From positions 32,001 through 96,000 of IMG/VR virus record IMGVR_UViG_3300009157_000016: a stretch of 64,000 nucleotides of DNA; one strand, 5' to 3'. The notes below the pieces were generated by a model. The model made no database searches and had not been told where the DNA came from. It saw only the letters and a program-made list of their open reading frames with translations. This DNA comes from a virus. The stretch's first letter is position 1, and each line of letters opens with the position of its first letter. This document shows positions 19,519 through 28,343 of this stretch, one piece after another. Both the position numbers and the translations under genes were made by a program.

Positions 19519-19689
19519 TCAGGCGCTCTCGGCGCGGGTTTCTTTCTGCCCATGCTGGATAAGGCTCAGGAGTCCCTGAACGTATGCCAGCTTGGCGCGG
19601 TAGTATGCGATGAACACGAAGTTCAAGAAGCAATACAGCAGCGCCAGAACAAGGATCAGGACTGCTACGCCCAGTACGTCCTCAGTCAT
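19519..19689 (-). CDS. Small membrane protein (56 aa, absent from ORF track)
   Basis: MTEDVLGVAVLILVLALLYCFLNFVFIAYY...; fills the gap between UvsY-like and SSB genes. Confidence 0.5.
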   Translation of the reverse strand: MTEDVLGVAVLILVLALLYCFLNFVFIAYYRAKLAYVQGLLSLIQHGQKETRAESA

Positions 19690-20182
19690 CGTACCTCACC
19701 CTTCGTTTGGAACGGCCTTCAATGATCCGCTCCATGTTGCGCTTGGAACGATACTCGTCAGCCCGGCCGCCTTTGGTGGCGTCCGTCTGATAGTAGTTCG
19801 CTACGTACAGCCCTGCCAGATCCTTGAGCATGTAGGACCGCATTGAGAAGGACTCCTTCAACGTCTGGCACCTGTCCGCCCATTCCTTGGCGTCAAGGTA
19901 GCTCTTGGTGGCCTCAATGTGGTCGTCATGTATCTCAATGGCGTTCTTGATAGCCGCCTCACTGGCCTTGCCGTCCGACCGTTCCAGTTCCCTCCTGCAC
20001 TCAAAGTATAGGCGCGCGTCGATTTGGGACAGTTCCTCTTTGGCTGTGTCCCGGTCAGCGTTTGCCGCTGCCAATAGATCGCCGGCTTCATAGAACAATT
20101 CTGGTTGCCTGACCAATTCCATGTCTAGGTCAAGGCGGTCAATTTGCAGCGCACGGCGCAGTTCGCTAGGTTTTGCGGGCAT
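19682..20182 (-). CDS. UvsY-like recombination mediator
   Basis: LQIDRLDLDMELVRQP..KASEAAIKNAI..SFSMRSYML helical pattern; context with RecA and SSB. Confidence 0.6.
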   Translation of the reverse strand: MPAKPSELRRALQIDRLDLDMELVRQPELFYEAGDLLAAANADRDTAKEELSQIDARLYFECRRELERSDGKASEAAIKNAIEIHDDHIEATKSYLDAKEWADRCQTLKESFSMRSYMLKDLAGLYVANYYQTDATKGGRADEYRSKRNMERIIEGRSKRRVRYDD

Positions 20183-20214
20183 GGTTCACCCCTCCGTTTT
20201 CACATATACCTTTC

Positions 20215-21192
20215 CTAGGCCCGGTGGAGTTCCAGAACCAAGCCAATGGAAACGTAGAGGGGAGCGTACTTGGCGGAATTGTCATAGGGCGTTGAGAAGC
20301 ATTCGATGATCCTCAGCAGGCTCGCAGCGCGGCGGTGATCAGTCGTCTTGGCCGCCACCTTCGCCATGTAGTGGCACGTAACGATGCGAATGCTTTCAGC
20401 GTCCTGATTGGCTTCCTCCATGTCCTTGCAGATGCGCATGGCGTCCTTCCATGTGCCCTTGGGCTTCATGAGGAACTGGCAGAAGTCATTGATTTCCTTC
20501 GTCTCACCGGCCAGCCTTAGCGCCTCACGCGCGTCGGTCACCGTTTCGCAGTACTCAACCTTCTCAAGGTAGGTCAAAGCCTGCCGTGGTGAGCCGCCGC
20601 TGTTCTCAGCAATCAGCTCTAGTATCTCATCCTCCACCTTGAGGTCCGCCTTGTCCATGACCTCGGCAAGGATGAGCAGAATTTCATCCTCACTGAGCGG
20701 CTTGAGATGGTAGTCAATGCACCGCGTCTTGATGGTGGCAGGAACCTTGCCGGGCAGCGTGGTGCAGAAGAACCAGTACACGTGCTTGGGCGGTTCCTCC
20801 GTGGCCTTGAGAATGCTGTCCCATGCGTTGCTGGACAGCTTGTGGCACTCATCCACGATGATTCCTTTGACCGGACTGTCGCCAATTGCCCGGTAGTTGG
20901 CCTTCTGGACAATGCTGCGCATGGCGTCCACACCGGTATGCGTGGCAGCGTCCACGTCGAGGATGTTCGCCAGCGTGATAGTGGCATCGTCGCTCTTGGC
21001 CCCAAGCAGGGCAAACTCGTTCGCCACAATGCGGGCAAGCGTCGTCTTGCCAAGGCCGGAGCCGCCCGTGAACAGGAAGGTGTGGGCACGCCCCTCCTTC
21101 ACGACCTTGCGCAAGGACTTCACGACGGCGTCGTGTCCAATGACGTCCTTGAATACGTTCGGCCGATAGGCGGTGTGTAGTGACGTGCTCAT
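20215..21192 (-). CDS. Clamp loader, DNA pol III gamma/tau-like AAA+
   Basis: YRPNVFKDVIGH, GGSGLGKTTLARI, DAATHTGVD, IVDECHKL, LKATEEPP, TIKTRC. Confidence 0.95.
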   Translation of the reverse strand: MSTSLHTAYRPNVFKDVIGHDAVVKSLRKVVKEGRAHTFLFTGGSGLGKTTLARIVANEFALLGAKSDDATITLANILDVDAATHTGVDAMRSIVQKANYRAIGDSPVKGIIVDECHKLSSNAWDSILKATEEPPKHVYWFFCTTLPGKVPATIKTRCIDYHLKPLSEDEILLILAEVMDKADLKVEDEILELIAENSGGSPRQALTYLEKVEYCETVTDAREALRLAGETKEINDFCQFLMKPKGTWKDAMRICKDMEEANQDAESIRIVTCHYMAKVAAKTTDHRRAASLLRIIECFSTPYDNSAKYAPLYVSIGLVLELHRA

Positions 21193-21512
21193 CTTCGTTT
21201 ATCCTTTCGCTTCCCCTGTTGGCTCATGTGAAATATACCGTTCGCACAGTCAGGGCGCTCCCCATTGCACGGCCTCCAGTAGATGTGTCCGCACAACGTA
21301 CACTCAGTTGGCTTGTCACCGGGGAACGCTGGATACATCGTTCGGTGGTCACCGGCTTTGTACTCGGTCATGACCTCTATGGGTCCGTCGTCCAGCCTCA
21401 CCCGCTGACGGTGCGGCGGCGGGGCGGGCTCAGGCAGTATCAGGTCATCTTCGTCAAGCCTGACCCGTTTGCGGGGCACGACGGGCTCATCTAAACGCAC
21501 TCGCTTTTTCAT
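21189..21512 (-). CDS. Small protein with three RVRLD repeats and a C-terminal Cys cluster
   Basis: KKRVRLDE/RKRVRLDE/RQRVRLDD then CTLCGH..PC..DC; GGAGG RBS; ATGA-coupled to the clamp loader. Confidence 0.7.
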   Translation of the reverse strand: MKKRVRLDEPVVPRKRVRLDEDDLILPEPAPPPHRQRVRLDDGPIEVMTEYKAGDHRTMYPAFPGDKPTECTLCGHIYWRPCNGERPDCANGIFHMSQQGKRKDKRR

Positions 21513-21548
21513 CTGTTACCTCCATACGCCCCCGCAGGGCGCGGAGGC

Positions 21549-24266
21549 TTAGATACCCTGAGAATCGAATGACTTGTAGTTCTCGCTCCAGTACTTGCCC
21601 ACGGGCTCAAGCTTGTTCCACTTCTTGCCAATGGACACTTCCACGCTCATAGGCACGTTGATGAAATCATACGGGAGCAGAAGCAGTTCGCGTGCCAAGT
21701 AGCTGATCTCATCTGCCAGTATGCTGTCCTTGTCAGGCATCATGAACGTCAGGTCGTCATGGATTTGCATGATGGGATGACGGTAGCGGATCTTATGCTT
21801 GAGAGAGCTGCGGCTGATCCTCACCATGCCGTCGTTCACAATGTCAGCCGCCAAGGACTGGATGGGGCTGTTGTACAGTTCGTGTCGGCTCATGGGATAG
21901 TAGCGGCGGCGGCCGGTGAACGTTTCCACGTAACCCACGTCGTAGTAGGTCCGCATGGTCTCGTCCTGCCACTCCTTGAGGCCGGAGAACGTTTCCCAAA
22001 ACTCCTCAAAGATGTCCTGCGCCACGTTGTCAGGCATGGCCTCGCCAAGGAAGGGTAGGAAGTAGCTGGCAACCGACGGCTCAGCCGCACCAAAGATAAC
22101 AGGGAACACCATCTTGTTCTTGACCAGTGAGCGCGCACCCTTCAATGCGTCCTCGTCATTCTTCCCCTGCTTCTCCTTAAAGTAGTCGAACAGCCACGGC
22201 CAGCGCTTGCCAATTTTGAGCGCCCATTCCTTGTGAACGTCGTATTCCTTCCACGTAGCACCGACCATGTTCTTGTCATTGCAGAACATGCAGGCGGTAC
22301 ACCACTCCAACTGCCCAAAGTCCACGCTAACGAAGACGTGGCCTTCCAGCGCTTCAACTTGCTCCCTGATCCAAGCGTCCTTGTGCTTGGGCCAGTTCTG
22401 CATGTTGGGGTCGTCCGAACTGAGTCGGGCGGTGGTGGTGAAGGTCGTGTTGAAGGAAGTGTGGAGCTTGCCGTCGGGAAAGATGAGCGTGCCGTCAGGC
22501 AGGATCATCTGGTCGACGTACGTGCTCTTCATCTTCACTTTGTTGCGCAGCTTGATAATCAGCGGCGCAAGCGGATGGTCTATCTTCTCAAGGACGGCTT
22601 TGTCAACCTTCTCAGTGACTTTATCTGAGTCCTTTTTGTCCTTGACGAAGACCTCAGGCCGCTTTAGGTAGTCACGGAATATGGTAAGGACCTGCGGCTG
22701 CGACTCAGGATTGAATTCCCCTTTATGCTCACTGACATACTTCTTGACCACTTTGAGGCCAAGGATGTCATTTACGATACCCTTGACTTCGTCTTCCAGC
22801 TTGCCTTGCAGGCGCTTGGCGGTCTTCTGGTTGATGGGGACGCCGTAGTGCTGCATGAGAGCCACCGCGCCCTGACGCGGCATGGCCATCTCATAGACAT
22901 GCTCCTGCCTGATGTCCCTGATAAGCTTGTCCTGATGGAACCAGAGTTGCAGCGTGGCGCGCGTGTCAGCGCCATTGTAGATGAGGACCTGATCGTAGGG
23001 GCTTTTGCGCAGGTCCTTCTTGTCCAGCTTGAACTGGCTCTTGATGTCTATGCCGAAGTGCTGGCGTGTGAGGAAGCCTAGCTTTTGGTATTGCGAAGCG
23101 TGATCGTCCTGACCCTTCTCGTTTGGCCCTTTGCGGCCGTCAAGGATGTAGGCTTGGACCATTGTGTCTTCCCACGAGTTGTGGTGAACAATGTCTTCGC
23201 CAAAGTAGAAGATGTACCACTCCATCTCAAATGGAGAGTTGTGCGCAATCTTGGGGATGTCACGGCGGCGTATCAACGCCTCAAGCCGGTCAAGGATCTT
23301 CTGCCGCTGCGCTTTGGACCAGTTGGCCTTGGGATGGTCGACTCCGAACGAAAACGTTCTTAGTTTTAGGTGCCTGTCATAGTAGGAAAAGGCGGCCGTC
23401 AGAATGATAGCGCCGGTGCGGTAGGGTCTGAGAGGCCACGTCTCAAGGTCGGTGGCGTAGCAGGCAACTCCTCTCTCAATGTCGTCGAACTCCCGCATCA
23501 GGGAGTCAAAGTCATCCTCGGGGCGCTCACCGCTGTAGGTGTTGACGTCCTTCTTGACAGTCTGCTGAGTCCATACTTCCGGCCACGGCGGATCGTCGTC
23601 CATGAACCGCCATATCTGCTCAAAGTCCAGCTTCCACGCGCCACCTACTCGGCCGTTCAGCGGGCGTCTGTCATCCTTGGCCGACCGCAGGACGTAGGCA
23701 GGGTGATTGGTGGGGAAGAACCAGCACTCATGCTTTCCAATGGTGACCGCAAAGAAGCGGCCCCGCATACCTTGCATGTCTTTCGTGCCAAGCATCCACT
23801 GCAAGGCTGGGATGCCAAGGCCCACGATCAGCTTGGGGGCAGCTTCCTCAATGGCGGCGGTGACGTAGCCGCGACAGCACTCCTGCTCAATCCACTCCGG
23901 CGGCCGTATCTTACCCTCAGCGTTTTTGGGGAAGTGCCTGACTGTGTTCCCGTAACCGCAGTTGTCATAGTATTCGTTGGGGATCATGGACTTGAGAAGC
24001 TTGCCTGACTTCCCAATGAACGGTACGCCCTCCTGTTCCTCCTGCGGACCCGGTGCCTCACCTAGGAAGAAAATGTCGCATCTGCGTGGTACGTCTTCAC
24101 GGACCTCATTGCCGGCACGTGAGAGGGGGCAAGCGCGACAGCCTAGGCGTTGCAGCGTTTCCGAGCTTTGCTTCGTTTGCTGGCCTACCGAAGACCGGCG
24201 GGGGCCGGTTTTGTCGGCGCCCTTTTTCGCGTTCGCCTTATCTGCTTTCTGGTAGAAGAAGCCCAT
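21549..24266 (-). CDS. Family A DNA polymerase with N-terminal family-4 uracil-DNA glycosylase domain and 3'-5' exonuclease
   Basis: UDG: CRACPL, GEAPG, CC, HPAY; exonuclease: DLET, HNSPFE, YNGAD; Pol: TTARLSSDDPNMQN, DFGQLE, RSLVK..F..IFG, NSPIQ, QIHDD. Confidence 0.95.
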   Translation of the reverse strand: MGFFYQKADKANAKKGADKTGPRRSSVGQQTKQSSETLQRLGCRACPLSRAGNEVREDVPRRCDIFFLGEAPGPQEEQEGVPFIGKSGKLLKSMIPNEYYDNCGYGNTVRHFPKNAEGKIRPPEWIEQECCRGYVTAAIEEAAPKLIVGLGIPALQWMLGTKDMQGMRGRFFAVTIGKHECWFFPTNHPAYVLRSAKDDRRPLNGRVGGAWKLDFEQIWRFMDDDPPWPEVWTQQTVKKDVNTYSGERPEDDFDSLMREFDDIERGVACYATDLETWPLRPYRTGAIILTAAFSYYDRHLKLRTFSFGVDHPKANWSKAQRQKILDRLEALIRRRDIPKIAHNSPFEMEWYIFYFGEDIVHHNSWEDTMVQAYILDGRKGPNEKGQDDHASQYQKLGFLTRQHFGIDIKSQFKLDKKDLRKSPYDQVLIYNGADTRATLQLWFHQDKLIRDIRQEHVYEMAMPRQGAVALMQHYGVPINQKTAKRLQGKLEDEVKGIVNDILGLKVVKKYVSEHKGEFNPESQPQVLTIFRDYLKRPEVFVKDKKDSDKVTEKVDKAVLEKIDHPLAPLIIKLRNKVKMKSTYVDQMILPDGTLIFPDGKLHTSFNTTFTTTARLSSDDPNMQNWPKHKDAWIREQVEALEGHVFVSVDFGQLEWCTACMFCNDKNMVGATWKEYDVHKEWALKIGKRWPWLFDYFKEKQGKNDEDALKGARSLVKNKMVFPVIFGAAEPSVASYFLPFLGEAMPDNVAQDIFEEFWETFSGLKEWQDETMRTYYDVGYVETFTGRRRYYPMSRHELYNSPIQSLAADIVNDGMVRISRSSLKHKIRYRHPIMQIHDDLTFMMPDKDSILADEISYLARELLLLPYDFINVPMSVEVSIGKKWNKLEPVGKYWSENYKSFDSQGI

Positions 24267-24421
24267 CACTTTTCCGCTTTGAGTTGGTCGAGTCGCTTGC
24301 GGCATGTGGCAAGCAAGTCACGGTTCGCGAAGTCACCGTGACGCTTGAGTTCTGCCTCCTGCACCGCCAGCATGACGTCGACGATTTCGATCAGGGCGTT
24401 AACCTTCTGCACATCCGGCAT
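24266..24421 (-). CDS. Small hypothetical protein
   Basis: MPDVQKV..., GGAG RBS, coupled to PolA. Confidence 0.45.
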   Translation of the reverse strand: MPDVQKVNALIEIVDVMLAVQEAELKRHGDFANRDLLATCRKRLDQLKAEK

Positions 24422-24422
24422 G

Positions 24423-25478
24423 TCAGTCTCCGAAGTTGGACAAGATTTGGAAGAGGTCCGCCCCCTTCCGGTAGACCGTGAAGCCTTCCAGCACGGCCAT
24501 CTCTGAGCATACGTCAATGCTGCGCGCCATCAAAGCCGCGTTGACCTTGATCTCGACGTCTGGATGATCCCCTTGAAGGTTGACCAGATCGCGCACCTCG
24601 CCCATGTCGGTGTTCGTGTATAGGCGCATCCGGCCTTCCTTGATGCTGATCTCAGTGGGCTGCGATTTGGGCTCAGCCACGACACGCGCCCGGCTCAGAG
24701 CGTGCTCAAGTCCTTTGGGGACCTTCATCCACGGGATCTCATCCCGCGTGGTCTTTTCGACCCACATGGCGTGGTCCACCGGGTCTTCTGGTTTGATGAC
24801 GCGGCCGTAGACCTTGTAGTCCTTCTCAAGCTCGGCCAACACCCATTCGTCAGAAGCGTGCAGCCGGCCGTTCATGGACTTGTCGCTCTTGCAAATGCGC
24901 AGGACCGACTCGCAGAAGGAGTTGGGCATGACGAAGCTGTGCGGGTCGTTGTAGTTGGCTCCGTCGATCAGGTAGTGCGTGAGGCTGTCTGAGTCGCAGG
25001 AGTAGAAGCTGATCCCGTCACCGGTATCCAACGTGATGCCCATGAGCGCCTGTTGGCTGCTGTCCTTGCTGGTCGTGGTGAGGCAAATTTCCATCGCCTC
25101 AATCAGGCTGTCATCCAGGTCCAGCACCACGTCCCACGACTCGTCAGACGGTTCTTTGAACAGGAACTCTGACTCTGGCAAGTAGGGCAGGCGCATCTTG
25201 GACCGGCCGGCAATGAACACGACTTCGTGTTGCTGGTCGTCGAACTCAATCTCCACTTCCTCGGTGCGGCAGTTGCGCAGCAAGCCGAGCATGGTGTCGC
25301 CGTGGCAGGCGAAGGGCGCTACGCCGGACGTGCATTTGGCCACGATGCCTAGGTGGTCGTCCGTCGCGTACAGGGTGTCCCCTGTGAACACGAAGTTCTG
25401 GTAGACGGGAACCAAGTCCTGATCGGCCAAGGCGGGCTTGATCAGTTCCAACATCGTGACCAGTGCTTTGCGTCTCAT
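24423..25478 (-). CDS. Sliding clamp (DNA pol III beta-like)
   Basis: About 350 aa; PVYQNF..LYATD, QALMGI..YSCDS, ALSRARVV patterns parallel DnaN; next to Pol and clamp loader. Confidence 0.8.
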   Translation of the reverse strand: MRRKALVTMLELIKPALADQDLVPVYQNFVFTGDTLYATDDHLGIVAKCTSGVAPFACHGDTMLGLLRNCRTEEVEIEFDDQQHEVVFIAGRSKMRLPYLPESEFLFKEPSDESWDVVLDLDDSLIEAMEICLTTTSKDSSQQALMGITLDTGDGISFYSCDSDSLTHYLIDGANYNDPHSFVMPNSFCESVLRICKSDKSMNGRLHASDEWVLAELEKDYKVYGRVIKPEDPVDHAMWVEKTTRDEIPWMKVPKGLEHALSRARVVAEPKSQPTEISIKEGRMRLYTNTDMGEVRDLVNLQGDHPDVEIKVNAALMARSIDVCSEMAVLEGFTVYRKGADLFQILSNFGD

Positions 25479-25918
25479 AGCCTCACCCTTCTTGCTAGTT
25501 TCCAACGGCGCTTGGCCGATTGCTGCATCTTTGCGATAGATTCGGATGTGTGCCGCGTACCATACCTTATGTGACCTATACCTTTCTGCGTGACGCCGGA
25601 GTGACCCTTCTGAGATTTATGTTTGGCGTGACAAGAAGGATAGAGTTGATTCTGACTGTTGGTTCCATCAAGTAAGTGCGCGGCGTTGCAGCACGGATGA
25701 AATTCGCAGTCATGGAGAACCATTCTTGGCCATGCTGGCACGTAACCGTTCTCTAAGAAGAACGCCACGCGATGGGCAGTGTACTGTATGCTGTGACGAA
25801 CTGAGAATACTCCATGCCCACTGGTTTGCGTTCCGCCTAACCAAGGCCAGCATTCGTCGGGGCCGCGTCGGTCAACTTTGGACCAGAAGCGCGCTATGTC
25901 TTTAGCGCTGAGGATCAT
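25475..25918 (-). CDS. HNH homing endonuclease with NUMOD3-like tail
   Basis: RFWSKVD..CWPW, AHRVA, LHDCE..CCNAAHL..GTNSQN; HTSESIAKM. Confidence 0.9.
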   Translation of the reverse strand: MILSAKDIARFWSKVDRRGPDECWPWLGGTQTSGHGVFSVRHSIQYTAHRVAFFLENGYVPAWPRMVLHDCEFHPCCNAAHLLDGTNSQNQLYPSCHAKHKSQKGHSGVTQKGIGHIRYGTRHTSESIAKMQQSAKRRWKLARRVRL

Positions 25919-26799
25919 TCTGGCTTCCTGAAAATCAAAAGGTGCTCGTGTCTCGGCACGAGCTTCTTACCGCGCCATGCGTTGCCTGCTCTCTTGGCGG
26001 CGCTGGCGAAGTTTTTGGACAGGATAATGTCCTGCCAAAACAGGAAGCCTGCTTCACGGAAGTTCTCAACGGTATGGCTGCGGAAGTCGACCAGCTCCCC
26101 GGTCTTGTCACGGAAGTTGCCGACCACAATGCAGACGAACGCTCCCGGCTTCATGAGCGGCCAATGCGCGTAGGCGCACAGCATCATGGAAGCGTTGAAT
26201 TCTGCGTAAGAGATGGAGTTTGAGACATCGTCCCGCTGTTCGCTATACACCTCGAGATCAAAATAAGGGGGACAGGTGACAGCACAGTCAAAATCAGACT
26301 CGTCGATATCAAGATAGCGAGCGTCATCAAGGTGGTAATGCACGCGGTCAAGATTAAGGTCGGCGATAACCTTTTCGTTCTCATCTAACTGCTCCTGCCT
26401 GACGTCTACCCCGTGGTAGATGTGGCCCATGAGGGAAGCGGCTATGGCACGGGGCGGCCCGCCGCAGAAGGCGTCAAGGACCTTCGCCCTGCGCTCCTTG
26501 CCAGCGTAGCGTAGGTAAATCCATTCAGCCAAGGGAAGGGGGAACACGCTGTACGTGCCGGTGTAGACGCTGTCATGGTCAGCCCGGAACTTCTCAGCGC
26601 GTTCCCCGGTGTGGCCGTCCTCGTCAGTGACGCGACGCCAATCCCGCACGCGGCGCTTGATAGCCTCATCCACGTGCCAGATAGTCATGCTGGTCGAGAA
26701 GTCGAGCGTGGGGCGGACATACCCTTGCTTGAAGTCGGTCAGGGTCGGCCGAGTGATTTCCCGCACGCGGCCGTCAGGGAGAGTCTTCTTAAATAACAT
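25915..26799 (-). CDS. Amino (N4-C/N6-A) DNA methyltransferase-like protein
   Basis: VLDAFCGG SAM motif; TCPPYFDLEVYS catalytic motif; HEHLLIFRK. Confidence 0.85.
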   Translation of the reverse strand: MLFKKTLPDGRVREITRPTLTDFKQGYVRPTLDFSTSMTIWHVDEAIKRRVRDWRRVTDEDGHTGERAEKFRADHDSVYTGTYSVFPLPLAEWIYLRYAGKERRAKVLDAFCGGPPRAIAASLMGHIYHGVDVRQEQLDENEKVIADLNLDRVHYHLDDARYLDIDESDFDCAVTCPPYFDLEVYSEQRDDVSNSISYAEFNASMMLCAYAHWPLMKPGAFVCIVVGNFRDKTGELVDFRSHTVENFREAGFLFWQDIILSKNFASAAKRAGNAWRGKKLVPRHEHLLIFRKPE

Positions 26800-27178
26800 T
26801 CTGGCTACTCCTGTAACCCATGCGGCGGTTCAGCACGTGGTAGGCGTGTTCGATGTTCTTGCCGTGAGTTCCCCATTCAAGGTTATCCTCACAGTTATTC
26901 GACCGGTCGCCGTCGTCGCTCTTATGATTGACTTCGTGATCTGGACTCGGAGGGGGACCGTGAAAGGCTGTGCAGACGAGAACGTGAACAAGGAATTGCT
27001 TCGTCACTCCGTTCTTGCTGAGCACGACAGGTACATACCCACCCTTGCGTGGACGCAGACTTAGCAATTTGCCAGCCTGCGTCCCGATAGCTTGGCGGTC
27101 GCGCCGCACGCGCCCAAGACTGGAAACGCTGTACCAGCCTTCGTAGCCGACCACTGGCTTCCAGACTTCACGGCGCAT
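26789..27178 (-). CDS. NUMOD4-HNH homing endonuclease
   Basis: EVWKPVVGYEGWYSVSSLGRVR; VHVLVCTAFHG..VNH..NN..NLEW. Confidence 0.9.
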   Translation of the reverse strand: MRREVWKPVVGYEGWYSVSSLGRVRRDRQAIGTQAGKLLSLRPRKGGYVPVVLSKNGVTKQFLVHVLVCTAFHGPPPSPDHEVNHKSDDGDRSNNCEDNLEWGTHGKNIEHAYHVLNRRMGYRSSQNVI

Positions 27179-27189
27179 GACTGGCTCGC

Positions 27190-27447
27190 TTATGTAAGAG
27201 CGATGGGGGCGACGGCGGTAGTGCGGAGTTCGTGCTCCCGCGTGTAGGCCACCGCCTGTGCAAAGATGTCGGCTGCCCAAGCGTCAACCGTCTCCGCGTC
27301 CGTGAGCGGCTGGCCGTCCACCCCCGGTCCATACTTGATGCGGTGCGCGGCTACGAACCGTCCAAGGTCGGTAGCGTTGACAGTCTTGGTGACCGTCCTT
27401 CTGGTTGCCGGCGTCCCGCCGTTCACGTCAATGCTAATCGTCGCCAT
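27190..27447 (-). CDS. Hypothetical protein
   Basis: AAGGAGG RBS, intact ORF. Confidence 0.6.
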   Translation of the reverse strand: MATISIDVNGGTPATRRTVTKTVNATDLGRFVAAHRIKYGPGVDGQPLTDAETVDAWAADIFAQAVAYTREHELRTTAVAPIALT

Positions 27448-27448
27448 G

Positions 27449-28024
27449 TCAGCCTCCTTTCAGGCTATCCTCACGCCGCATCATCTGGTCGTAGATGCGG
27501 GTGTCCATGTTCATCCAGCGGTCACCGCCACCCCGATCAAGATGATTGGATAGGACGGCAGTGTCGTTGGAACCAAACAAGGCTTCAAGGCTGCCTGCGA
27601 ACACCACATACGCCGGCTCACCACGTTCCTTGTCGTAGCATGGTAGCAGCTTGTAGCGGTTCCGGACAACCAGTGTTCCGGAACGGTTTAGCATGAACGG
27701 GCTGACGATGCATCCGAGGGGGCGTTCGGGCAACCGCCAGAGGCCGCATAGGTGCCCCGCTGTCTTGGCCGGACAAAGGCGACAACCGGGCTCTGGCTGT
27801 ATGAAGCCGCCACGAGCTTTGATGCCTATGCGGTGCAGCCTGCGGGCCTCAGACGGGCTCACGTGAACGCGGATGCCAGTGGGGCTCGTAGGGGCGTCGC
27901 AGCATTTGGCCGTGCAGCCCTTCTTGGCGATGCACTCTGGGCCGCATTGGATGAAACGCAACCGACAAGAAGGGGCGGACACCCTTACAGGAGTCCGCCC
28001 CGGTTGCGCGAAGAGTCCGCGCAA
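27449..28024 (-). CDS. YkgJ/CxxCxxCC-like Cys-cluster protein
   Basis: C..C....C..KCC, then CP..C..ERPLGC..SPF. Confidence 0.65.
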   Translation of the reverse strand: MRGLFAQPGRTPVRVSAPSCRLRFIQCGPECIAKKGCTAKCCDAPTSPTGIRVHVSPSEARRLHRIGIKARGGFIQPEPGCRLCPAKTAGHLCGLWRLPERPLGCIVSPFMLNRSGTLVVRNRYKLLPCYDKERGEPAYVVFAGSLEALFGSNDTAVLSNHLDRGGGDRWMNMDTRIYDQMMRREDSLKGG

Positions 28025-28025
28025 C

Positions 28026-28256
28026 TCAGTCCCGTTCGCGGTCGCGGTCGTTGTCGTTGTCGCCGGCGTCCTCGTCCTCGGTGATGGCGTCTTCGTCCCA
28101 CCAGTTCTCGCAGGGCGTGCCGGTGCCGTCGGCGTAGCGGATCAGGTACTTGTTGTCGGCGCTGAGATACTCGGCGCGGCCAATGACGACGCCTTTGATC
28201 TCGATGTTGTCCTCGAAGATCACTTTGGCTTCGAGGTCGTACTTGAACTTCGCCAT
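28026..28256 (-). CDS. Hypothetical protein
   Basis: KFKYDL..GVVIGRAEYL..YLIRY..WWDE; AGGAG RBS. Confidence 0.65.
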   Translation of the reverse strand: MAKFKYDLEAKVIFEDNIEIKGVVIGRAEYLSADNKYLIRYADGTGTPCENWWDEDAITEDEDAGDNDNDRDRERD

Positions 28257-28298
28257 TTCAACTCCTGTTGGTTGTGGCTGCATGATGACTATACGCAA

Positions 28299-28324
28299 AC
28301 GGCCAGCCTTCGCAGGCTGGCCGT
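28299..28324 (-). terminator. Intrinsic terminator-like hairpin
   Basis: acggccagcct-tcgc-aggctggccgt 11-bp stem downstream of the 28344-29285 gene. Confidence 0.6.
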
Positions 28325-28343
28325 CAGTTTCCTGGAAGGTCGA

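Noticed and set aside
21393-21512. KRVRLD resembles the c-Myc nuclear localisation signal (PAAKRVKLD) and the PP1 RVxF docking motif, suggesting a eukaryotic virus
   Set aside because: Shine-Dalgarno sites, coupled operons, amidase endolysin, portal/terminase and GTA-like tail show a bacteriophage; the resemblance is treated as convergence.
21549-24266. Non-canonical genome chemistry (dU- or dZ-DNA) suggested by dCTP deaminase and the odd PolA motif B
   Set aside because: An intact-looking UDG domain and a ThyX argue against uracil DNA; no PurZ or DatZ is seen in the window.
25475-27178. HNH genes as group I intron or intein cargo
   Set aside because: The flanking MTase and clamp ORFs appear intact and the HNH ORFs are directly coupled, leaving no room for intron core structure.
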